Below, piece by piece: positions 56,404 to 64,000 of a DNA stretch of 64,000 bases. Each line of letters opens with the position of its first letter. Positions within the stretch are counted from its first letter, which is position 1. A program made the position numbers and the translations under genes. The notes beneath the pieces were generated by a model, which had not been told where the DNA came from, made no database searches, and worked only from the letters and a program-made list of their open reading frames with translations. The stretch is from Ruminococcus sp. Its GTDB lineage: Bacteria > Bacillota > Clostridia > Oscillospirales > Ruminococcaceae. The stretch covers positions 3,962-67,961 of the forward strand of contig JAFWWU010000089.1 of NCBI GenBank assembly GCA_017523285.1, in the 5' to 3' direction.

Positions 56404-58758
56404 CTACTGCTGTTCTGCAATAAAAATTGATAGTCTGTTCTGAATCATTTCAGCGGCTTGCTTTGCAGTACATTTATCATGGAAGTATTTATCTGCTTCT
56501 TCATAAATAATTTCTATATAATCATATGGAATAATCTTTTCTTTTTTTGCAATATCAAGAAGATGATAAACGCCCTCAATCTCCTTATCTGTAACATTAC
56601 CGATTTCTATCCATTTATCTCCTGTATGGAAGTATTCTCCTGTATAATCGGTATCATCACGTATAAGAGGCTGTTTTGCAAGTTCAGCGGCATTTTTCAT
56701 TGACTCTTTTGTTACTCCGAATGTAATATTATTTTCAGCATAAGTATAATCCATAAGTCTTTTAATAAATTCCCATGCAAGCTCTTTGTTTTTTGAATCT
56801 GCATTTATTCTCAGTGATTCGTTGAAACGAATCTGAGTTCCTGTTCCGTCATTGCTTGGATAACCGACAAAGGTGATTTCTTCATTATCAAAATAGCCTG
56901 CGGTTGTTTCAAGATAGCTCTGAAAACTTGAAAAATAACAATTATGCAATAGAGCCTGGTCATTTCTGTAAGCCATCGATATTTTAACATAATCTTCAAT
57001 TTGTTCTTCTAAGGTAGGTTCTTCATATTCATATTCATACAAATCTGCATTATCGGAAGAATTATAGCAGTATTCAAGAATATTTATAAAATCTTCATTA
57101 TCAAAGTCACAAGTGCCGCTTTCAAAATCAAAAAAGCTTTTGAAGTAGTCAAAATGACTTAAAATGGATTGACGGTCATAAATATCAGAATCCATTAAAC
57201 CTGAGTAAGTATACGGAACTGTATTTTTTAATCTTGTAACTGTATCTATATATTCAGCGTATGTCCAGCTTTCTTTTTCACCGACATGCTTTGTTTTACC
57301 TACATTTGTAACGATTGCAAATTCCAAAGGCAGAGAATAAAGCTTTTCGTCATTTTCAGCATACTCCAAAATCTTTGGAATAAAAGCGTCACGGTTTAAT
57401 TCGGGGTCATTATCTATAAAATTATATAAATCTTCAAAAGCACCCATGTTTTCTATTGGAGAATATTCATCCAGTATAAAAACATCGGGAGCTATCCCCT
57501 CAATGAAATCCTGATTGATTGCATCAAAATTTCCTTCCGGATTTTCTTGGGTTGAGTATTCTCCGTATTCCTTTACTTCAATACGGTAATCGCCGAATTC
57601 ATCATTTATCTGTTCTATGAGCTGTCCAATATAAGAATAAGAACTTACACTATAAGGTGCACCGATTGTCAGAACAGGAATGCTTTCTACCTCTTCTTTT
57701 GTTCTTGGAGTATGCGTAATTTTCTCCGCTTTAAGCATGGCATAATCCGAAACAACTAAGGTACACAGCTCATTTTCATCAAAAAATGCATACTGTATTT
57801 CATGAGATGCTATATTCGACGCCTTTACACTGAAAAGAGTTTTAAGTGAATTATCTTTTTGGTTTACACCTATAATCGAATTATTTGTAACGAAATAAAA
57901 TGAATATTCACCGCTTCCCTCAAAAATATGGTGAACGGTTTCACCTACATTGTATGCAATATCAGATTCCTTGACAGAGCAGTTTTCAAAATCAACCTCG
58001 CAGAAATTAACCATTTTTCTATCACTGTCGGTTACAGCACAAATAAGCGTGCCGTCTGCATTTTTGCCGTAACCTGTAAATAACTGTTCGTCATTTTCTT
58101 TGAATTCGCCGTAAACGGTACCGTCAGCGGAGAACGAATATTCAGCGCCGTCTATATTGCATATAAAGTTCTGTCCGTCAGCCGAGCTATGAAGATATGT
58201 GACCTCAACCTTTCCGCCTGATGTAAGAGAGTAAAGCTCTTCAAGGTCAGTTGAGGAAACGAGATTTCCCTGAGTATCATATTTGTAAAGCATAAGGCTG
58301 TATTCAACGACAGATTCATAAAGCTCAGCGTCATAATCCTCAGCGTAGATGTCAGGGGCTGGCAAATCGCCGTAATCGTCCTCGTTTACAAGAGTATAGA
58401 TAAACCCGTCATAAGAAACGTCAACGCAGTAGCTTGCGCCGATTGAAAAATCGGGAATCTCAAGCTCTTTCACATTTTCAAGTTTTTCATCAGTCAGATA
58501 AAAGGCAGGGGTTTTTGTTTCTGAGCTTCCAAGCAGGAAAAATCCGTCCTTGTATTTCTCACAGCTAAAAAGCATATTAAGCCCATCGGTGATTTCCGAT
58601 TTGCTTCTCTGATAATAGACATCTGAGAGCTGAACTGCTGTATATGGGTCGGCTTCTGTTGAGATTTTTTCTTTTTGTTTTTTCTCCTTACATCCGAAAG
58701 CTGACAGCGTAAGCGAAACAGCGATTAATGCAGATAATATTTTTTTGATTTTTTTCAT
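56404..58758 (-). CDS. large lipoprotein; C-terminal half resembles an extracellular solute-binding protein, N-terminal half unknown
   Basis: Lipobox LSAFGC, 784 aa, no adjacent permease genes. The family call is weak. Confidence 0.5.
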   Translation of the reverse strand: MKKIKKILSALIAVSLTLSAFGCKEKKQKEKISTEADPYTAVQLSDVYYQRSKSEITDGLNMLFSCEKYKDGFFLLGSSETKTPAFYLTDEKLENVKELEIPDFSIGASYCVDVSYDGFIYTLVNEDDYGDLPAPDIYAEDYDAELYESVVEYSLMLYKYDTQGNLVSSTDLEELYSLTSGGKVEVTYLHSSADGQNFICNIDGAEYSFSADGTVYGEFKENDEQLFTGYGKNADGTLICAVTDSDRKMVNFCEVDFENCSVKESDIAYNVGETVHHIFEGSGEYSFYFVTNNSIIGVNQKDNSLKTLFSVKASNIASHEIQYAFFDENELCTLVVSDYAMLKAEKITHTPRTKEEVESIPVLTIGAPYSVSSYSYIGQLIEQINDEFGDYRIEVKEYGEYSTQENPEGNFDAINQDFIEGIAPDVFILDEYSPIENMGAFEDLYNFIDNDPELNRDAFIPKILEYAENDEKLYSLPLEFAIVTNVGKTKHVGEKESWTYAEYIDTVTRLKNTVPYTYSGLMDSDIYDRQSILSHFDYFKSFFDFESGTCDFDNEDFINILEYCYNSSDNADLYEYEYEEPTLEEQIEDYVKISMAYRNDQALLHNCYFSSFQSYLETTAGYFDNEEITFVGYPSNDGTGTQIRFNESLRINADSKNKELAWEFIKRLMDYTYAENNITFGVTKESMKNAAELAKQPLIRDDTDYTGEYFHTGDKWIEIGNVTDKEIEGVYHLLDIAKKEKIIPYDYIEIIYEEADKYFHDKCTAKQAAEMIQNRLSIFIAEQQ

Positions 58759-58845
58759 AAAAACATCTCCTTTATTGTAAATTGTGATACCATAAATTAA
58801 TATCTATATAATAGTGATTTTATAAAGCAAAAAAGACGAAAAAAT

Positions 58846-58879
58846 ACTGCACAAAGTTTGCTTTTCTCTTTTGTGCAGA
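58846..58879. promoter_or_regulatory. 9-bp perfect inverted repeat in the divergent promoter region upstream of spoIIP
   Basis: aCTGCACAAAg-N12-cTTTGTGCAGa. It shares the ACTGCACA(A/G)AG / CT(T)TGTGCAG core with the arms of the 41911-42090 palindrome. Confidence 0.5.
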
Positions 58880-58960
58880 TTGATATTTCATTTTGTTATT
58901 ATAATTTGATTACTGAATGAATATAATTTAGCAGTATGCAAATATTAATGAGGTGATGAA

Positions 58961-60115
58961 ATGGCACGACGAAGAAGACGCAGAAAAATGATAAAAAAGC
59001 TTATACTCTGCATCAGTTCACCGATAGTAACGGCATTTCTTGTGAAAACAGCACCAAAAGCGGCGGATTATCTCGATAAGGCGGATAAGCTTATGCTTTC
59101 AGGAAAGGAAAATGTTATAAAACAGAATACAACTGACATTTTACAATACAATAATATAGAATACACCGAAGATTTTGAGGATATGATTAATTCCGATTAT
59201 ATAGTTTCCAGCGGATATGGTTATCTTGAAGAAACTGACGATAACGCTCTTGCCGTTTATGAAACAATATCCGATAATCCGGGGGCTAAGCCTTATCCTA
59301 CTGAATGGACAAAGGGTGCGGCTATAATGCGTACAACATACGGGAAATTCACAGGCAAGACCTTTTTCAAGCTTGAAAAAGCAGGGCAGGTGAATAATCA
59401 GACGTCTGTACTTTCAGCTACTTTATCAAATGAGAGCAAGAAATTGCCCGAGTTTAAAATAAGCTTCAACAGTAATGAGCCACAGGTGCTTATATATCAT
59501 ACTCATACAACAGAAAGCTTTGAGCCGTATGTCAGGGATTACAGCGACCCTACATTCAATTATCGTACAACAGATGAAACAAAAAATATCGTAATGGTGG
59601 GCGGAGCAATTGCCCAGCAGCTTGAAAATGCAGGAATAGGTGTAATTCACGACACAACAATACACGATTATCCCTCATATAATGGTTCGTATGACAGAAG
59701 CAGAGAAACAATAAAACGAATACTTGAGCAATATCCCTCGATAAAGATAATTCTCGATGTTCATCGTGATGCGATTTCATCGGCAGAGGCAACATATCAG
59801 CCGATAGTTGAAATTGATGGAAAAGAGGCGGCTCAGGTAATGATAATCTCAGGCTGTGATGACGGGACAATGAATATGCCGAATTATATGCAGAATTTCC
59901 GACTTGCATCATTGCTTCAGCAGCAGATTGAAAGCGATTACAGCGGACTTACAAGACCAATACTCTTTGATTACAGAAAATATAATCAGAATATGTCAAC
60001 AGGAGCGCTTCTTTTTGAAATAGGCTCACACGGAAACACGCTTGAACAGGTGCATTATTCGGGTGAGCTTGTCGGAAAGTCGATAGCCAAAGCACTTATG
60101 ACCATTAAGGAGTAA
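58961..60115 (+). CDS. spoIIP: stage II sporulation protein P
   Basis: N-terminal TM helix, PQVLIYHTHTTESF and ILDVHRDA (SpoIIP signature segments). Confidence 0.85.
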   Translation: MARRRRRRKMIKKLILCISSPIVTAFLVKTAPKAADYLDKADKLMLSGKENVIKQNTTDILQYNNIEYTEDFEDMINSDYIVSSGYGYLEETDDNALAVYETISDNPGAKPYPTEWTKGAAIMRTTYGKFTGKTFFKLEKAGQVNNQTSVLSATLSNESKKLPEFKISFNSNEPQVLIYHTHTTESFEPYVRDYSDPTFNYRTTDETKNIVMVGGAIAQQLENAGIGVIHDTTIHDYPSYNGSYDRSRETIKRILEQYPSIKIILDVHRDAISSAEATYQPIVEIDGKEAAQVMIISGCDDGTMNMPNYMQNFRLASLLQQQIESDYSGLTRPILFDYRKYNQNMSTGALLFEIGSHGNTLEQVHYSGELVGKSIAKALMTIKE

Positions 60116-60117
60116 AA

Positions 60118-60414
60118 ATGAAAAATAAAAAAACTGCCTTAATGGCAGTAATAATGTATATATTGATAACTTCGGGGATATGGGGTGTTCTCAACGTATA
60201 TTCCACATCCTATAATAAACTTTCTCCTGAAAAAATAAAACCTGTAAGCTTAAAAATAAGCTCGCAGGAGGCTGAATTGGATATTCTTGAAAAAAGTTAT
60301 AATATAGATATAAGTAAATTACATTCTGAAAGCAAGATATATTATGTAATGTATCTTCTTTCATGTGATGAAGCAAGATGGACGAGCCTTCTGCTTTCAT
60401 CAATGATAGATTAA
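60118..60414 (+). CDS. hypothetical small membrane-anchored protein
   Basis: 98 aa, one TM helix. The start lies 2 nt after the spoIIP stop. Confidence 0.45.
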   Translation: MKNKKTALMAVIMYILITSGIWGVLNVYSTSYNKLSPEKIKPVSLKISSQEAELDILEKSYNIDISKLHSESKIYYVMYLLSCDEARWTSLLLSSMID

Positions 60415-60972
60415 TTCGGAATCCTCGCTTATAACGTGGCTTTCCTCAAAATACCAGCGATTAAGCTCGCCCTTATATATAAGCTCTGCATTAGGAAGAA
60501 ATCTGAAATCATCGGGAGTATAAAGGCATGGCGATTTACTCAGTTCAAGACCCAGCTTGTAGAATGTATGAGCCACAAACTGTGAGCAGAGAAAACGATT
60601 CTTTCTTGTCCAGCTGATTTTAAGGAAAATAGCTATAAGTCCGAGAATATTATATGAATATGCATTTCTGAAAGTTGAAAAATGCTCCATAATGCGATAA
60701 AAATCACGCTTCTGTTCCTGTGTTACATTTATTCTGTAAATCTCGCATGGAATATTATCGTAAAGTCCGAGCGTACCTTCGCCTATAACCTCTTTATTGA
60801 AAGTGGCAGGAAGCGGAGTGCGTGGATAGTTTCGGCAGAAGCTGTACATTTCCGATAATCCTATATCGCCTGAAAGAGAAACGTGGTTATAAGGCTTTCT
60901 TGTAAAGAATTTTATTGCTTTTGCAACATTTGTGCCTGTCTGAGCAACAATCACATATATATAATCCTGCAA
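60400..60972 (-). CDS. YiiX/permuted papain-like (NlpC/P60 clan) family protein, tentative
   Basis: YNHVSLS ... FLCSQFVAHTF suggests the permuted His/Cys arrangement. TTG 60972 sits 6 nt after SD GGAGGG. The track start at 61032 has no SD. Confidence 0.5.
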   Translation of the reverse strand: MQDYIYVIVAQTGTNVAKAIKFFTRKPYNHVSLSGDIGLSEMYSFCRNYPRTPLPATFNKEVIGEGTLGLYDNIPCEIYRINVTQEQKRDFYRIMEHFSTFRNAYSYNILGLIAIFLKISWTRKNRFLCSQFVAHTFYKLGLELSKSPCLYTPDDFRFLPNAELIYKGELNRWYFEESHVISEDSELIYH

Positions 60973-61080
60973 AAATATCCCTCCAAAATAAGCAATATAT
61001 TTTATTATATCACAACCTCTTGCAAATTTCAAGACTTTTTGATATAATTATATTGTCGTTTTTTCTGTTTATGATTTTTT

Positions 61081-61155
61081 GCGCCCGTAGCTCAGCGGAT
61101 AGAGCAGCGGCCTCCGACGCCGTGTGCACAGGTTCGATTCCTGCCGGGCGCACCA
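61081..61155 (+). tRNA. tRNA-Arg (anticodon CCG), CCA encoded
   Basis: Acceptor GCGCCCG/CGGGCGC, D arm GCTC-AGCGGATA-GAGC, anticodon arm GCGGC-CTCCGAC-GCCGT, T arm ACAGG-TTCGATT-CCTGC (one A-C mismatch), then A-CCA. Confidence 0.85.
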
Positions 61156-61223
61156 TAAAATTTTAAAGGGATAAAACAAATTAATATCCGTAATATATTT
61201 ACGGACAAGCAAGGAGGATTTTA

Positions 61224-63137
61224 ATGAAAGACAAAACAGAATTCAAGCCTTATATTCCTGCGTCAAAGGTAACGCCTGAGCTTACAGTTACATCTATTGT
61301 AATCGGTGTTATTCTTGCAGTAGTATTCGGTGCGGCAAATGCTTATCTCGGACTTCGAGTAGGTATGACGGTTTCAGCATCAATCCCTGCGGCAGTAATT
61401 GCAATGGGTGTAATCAGAATTATATTAAGAAGAAACTCAATTCTTGAAAGTAATATAGTTCAGACAATCGGTTCAGCAGGTGAATCACTCGCAGCAGGTG
61501 CGATTTTTACAATTCCTGCACTTTTCCTCTGGGCGTCAGAGGACGTAATGGACAAGCCAAGTATTATTGAAATTACACTTATTTCACTTATCGGTGGTCT
61601 TCTTGGTGTATTCTTTATGGTTCCGCTTCGTAATGCCCTTATAGTTAGGGAGCACGGAACACTTCCTTATCCTGAAGGTAAGGCTTGCGCCGAAGTTCTT
61701 CTTGCAGGTGAAGACGGCGGTTCAAGCGCTTCAACTGTATTCAAGGGTATGGGATTTGCGGCAATAATCAAATTTATTGTTGACGGCTTAAAGGCTGTTC
61801 CAGGTGAAGTATCATTCAGAGTAAAGAATTTTGCAGGCGAAATCGGTGTTCAGGTATATCCTGCTGTAATGAGTGTCGGTTATATTTGCGGATTCCGTAT
61901 TTCATCATTCCTTTTCTCAGGAAGTTTACTCAGCTGGTGCGTATTGATTCCTCTTATCGTAATGTTCGGTCAGGATGCAGTAATTTATCCATCTGACGGA
62001 CAGACAATCGGAGAGATTTATGCGGCTGAGGGTGCAAGCGGTATCTGGGGTTCATATATCCGTTATATCGGAGCAGGTGCACTTGCGGCAGGCGGTATCA
62101 TAAGCCTTATAAAATCACTTCCGCTTATCGTAAAGACATTCAGAGATGCTGTAAAGAGTATCGGCGGCAGTGGCAATATTGCTCAGGACAGAACATCTGC
62201 TGAGCTTAATATGAAAATTGTTCTTGGTTCAATTGCAGTTCTTACACTTGCAGTATGGCTTATTCCTGCAATTCCTGTAAGTCTTATCGGTGCAATTATC
62301 ATTGTTGTATTCGGTTTCTTTTTTGCAACTGTATCATCAAGAATGGTAGGCCTTGTAGGTAGCAGTAACAACCCTGTATCAGGTATGGCAATTGCTACAC
62401 TTCTTATTGCAACTCTGATACTTAAATTCACAGGTGCATCAGGTGCATCAGGTATGTCAGCAGCAATTGCAATCGGCTCGATTATCTGTATTGTAGCAGC
62501 TATTTCAGGCGATACATCACAGGACCTTAAAACAGGTTATATTCTCGGTTCAACACCTAAGAAACAGCAGATAGCTGAGCTTATAGGTGTAGTAGCTTCA
62601 GCACTTGCAATCGGTATAACACTTTATCTTCTTGATGATGCATGGGGATTTGGTTCAAAGGAACTTGCAGCTCCACAGGCAACACTTATGAAGATGATTA
62701 TCGAAGGCGTAATGAATGCAGAGCTTCCTTGGAATCTTGTATTCGTTGGAGCATTTATTGCAGTTATTGTAGAGCTTCTCGGTATTCCTGTTCTTCCTTT
62801 TGCAATTGGTGTATATCTCCCGATTCAGCTTAATGCTTGTATCCTTGTTGGCGGTATTATCCGTTTCTTCGTTGATAAGGCAAAGGGCGATGAATCTGAG
62901 AAGAAAAACAAGGTTAATAATGGTATCCTCTTCTGCTCAGGTATGATAGCAGGTGAGGGACTTGTCGGAATTCTTCTTGCAATTCTTGCGATTGTGGGAG
63001 TAAATAAGGCTCTTGTAATTTCCGATAACCTTAATTTACCTGCTGCTGTATCTAATGCAGGCACAATAGTAGTATTGCTTATAGCTATATTTGCAATCCT
63101 TAAAAGCTCTGTATGGAAGAAATCAAAAAAGGACTGA
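61224..63137 (+). CDS. OPT-family oligopeptide transporter
   Basis: 637 aa and highly polytopic. N-terminus ELTVTSIVIGVILAVVFGAANAYLGLRVGMTVSASIPAAV and PYPEGKACAEVL are typical of bacterial OPT proteins. Confidence 0.85.
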   Translation: MKDKTEFKPYIPASKVTPELTVTSIVIGVILAVVFGAANAYLGLRVGMTVSASIPAAVIAMGVIRIILRRNSILESNIVQTIGSAGESLAAGAIFTIPALFLWASEDVMDKPSIIEITLISLIGGLLGVFFMVPLRNALIVREHGTLPYPEGKACAEVLLAGEDGGSSASTVFKGMGFAAIIKFIVDGLKAVPGEVSFRVKNFAGEIGVQVYPAVMSVGYICGFRISSFLFSGSLLSWCVLIPLIVMFGQDAVIYPSDGQTIGEIYAAEGASGIWGSYIRYIGAGALAAGGIISLIKSLPLIVKTFRDAVKSIGGSGNIAQDRTSAELNMKIVLGSIAVLTLAVWLIPAIPVSLIGAIIIVVFGFFFATVSSRMVGLVGSSNNPVSGMAIATLLIATLILKFTGASGASGMSAAIAIGSIICIVAAISGDTSQDLKTGYILGSTPKKQQIAELIGVVASALAIGITLYLLDDAWGFGSKELAAPQATLMKMIIEGVMNAELPWNLVFVGAFIAVIVELLGIPVLPFAIGVYLPIQLNACILVGGIIRFFVDKAKGDESEKKNKVNNGILFCSGMIAGEGLVGILLAILAIVGVNKALVISDNLNLPAAVSNAGTIVVLLIAIFAILKSSVWKKSKKD

Positions 63138-63144
63138 TTTTTAA

Positions 63145-63501
63145 ATGAAAAATAAAAAACAGCCCGATGAAAATTTTCTTGAACGCTGCCCTGTTTATCC
63201 CGAGGGCATGAAATGGACGACAGATGAAAACGGCATAGTAACAATTGACATTGAAAATAAAGGTGCAATGAACCGAATTATGCAGAAGCTTATAAAAAAG
63301 CCGAAGGTATCACATATACATCTTGATGAAATCGGAAGCTTTTTGTGGCTGCTTGTTGACGGTGAAAAAAAGCTTGCCGATATGGGCGAGCCGCTTGAAG
63401 AAAGATTCGGTGATGAGGCAAAGCCTACCTTTGAACGTTTGTCTACATTTTTCAAGCTTCTTGAACAATATAGATTCATAAATTGGAAAAATACAGACTG
63501 A
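63145..63501 (+). CDS. PqqD-like small protein
   Basis: HLDEIGSFLWLLVDGEKKLADMGEPLEERFG....ERLSTFFKLLEQYRFI follows the PqqD/RRE pattern (LN..g..iW.l.DG..t..ei...l....). Confidence 0.55.
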   Translation: MKNKKQPDENFLERCPVYPEGMKWTTDENGIVTIDIENKGAMNRIMQKLIKKPKVSHIHLDEIGSFLWLLVDGEKKLADMGEPLEERFGDEAKPTFERLSTFFKLLEQYRFINWKNTD

Positions 63502-63506
63502 TATAA

Positions 63507-63541
63507 ACAGCTGACGGAAAAAATCCGTCGGCTGTTTTTTA
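63507..63541. terminator. bidirectional terminator between convergent genes
   Basis: ACAGCTGACGGA ... TCCGTCGGCTGT (one wobble pair) followed by T6. Confidence 0.8.
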
Positions 63542-63922
63542 TACTACATCAGTTTTCCATATTCCATGATTACTGCAATAAGCATAGACACTCAGCGGCT
63601 TCTCATCAATGAGAGAAAATGTCGCAACAGGTTTACCCTCAGGATCAAGACACTTACGCTGACCGCCTCTGTCAGTCTGAAGATAAATCCATGGAATATT
63701 ATGCTCCTTTGTCATCGGATGAAGAATATTACCGACAGAAACTCTTACTCTTTCGCCGTCATAATTTACAACAGGAATATGTTTTTCGTGATTTGCATCA
63801 CATGATTCAGGTGCAAGATGCTTCATATCCGTACCACAGCATTTGATAGGTACTCCTGTATCATGAATCATACCAACAACATTTCCGCATTTTTCACAAA
63901 TATAAAATCTGCTTTCACTCAT
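63539..63922 (-). CDS. dfx: desulfoferrodoxin (2Fe superoxide reductase)
   Basis: N-terminal desulforedoxin domain (FYICEKCGN...CCG) and SOR centre (HIPV.., HPMTKEHNIPW, AYCSNHGIW). ATG 63922 sits 8 nt after SD GGAGG. Confidence 0.85.
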   Translation of the reverse strand: MSESRFYICEKCGNVVGMIHDTGVPIKCCGTDMKHLAPESCDANHEKHIPVVNYDGERVRVSVGNILHPMTKEHNIPWIYLQTDRGGQRKCLDPEGKPVATFSLIDEKPLSVYAYCSNHGIWKTDVV

Positions 63923-64000
63923 AATAAAACCTCCGTTTGAGGCGGAATTTTTTTGCCTCAATTATATTATGGATAAATATATGGAGTTTTATTCCTGTTA

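Noticed and set aside
62825-63268. A 147-aa minus-strand ORF spanning the OPT/PqqD junction.
   Set aside because: It is antisense to two supported genes and has no start context.

Overview
The window looks like chromosomal DNA from a low-GC, spore-forming, cellulosome-type Clostridia member (Ruminococcus/Oscillospiraceae-like). This is inferred from two dockerin-bearing proteins plus spo0A, spoIIP, pdaA, a BofA-like gene and a CotH-family gene. Most of it is core housekeeping: rsfS, leuS, rpsU, aroQ, efp, the ylxM-ffh-rpsP-KH operon, a type III glutamine synthetase, a class A PBP, an ABC-F protein, ireB and three tRNAs. Envelope, sporulation and plant-cell-wall genes are interspersed (dockerin-expansin, GHL10, GH5, dockerin-CotH, and a DUF4358-like/MBOAT/DHHW cluster).

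I found no CRISPR array, transposase, integrase or recognisable defence island, and no convincing novel multi-gene system. The best leads are:
1. An ORF-poor, hairpin-dense 0.8 kb segment directly downstream of tRNA-Arg(ACG), which could be a large structured RNA, an sRNA cluster or an element relic.
2. A class A PBP gene broken by one in-frame TAG.
3. A MetRS-like class I synthetase with a degenerate KMSKS motif.
4. A 180-nt imperfect palindrome rich in TGTGCA upstream of the CotH gene. Its arm motif recurs as an inverted repeat upstream of spoIIP.
5. Several unusual low-complexity proteins ((Cys-Asp)n and a D/E-aromatic tail).
6. Structured leaders ahead of rpsU, glnN and the GHL10 gene.

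rpsU (GTG start, 57 aa) is absent from the supplied ORF track. Several track ORFs were re-started at internal codons that have Shine-Dalgarno support. All family calls come from motif recognition by eye, not from database searches.
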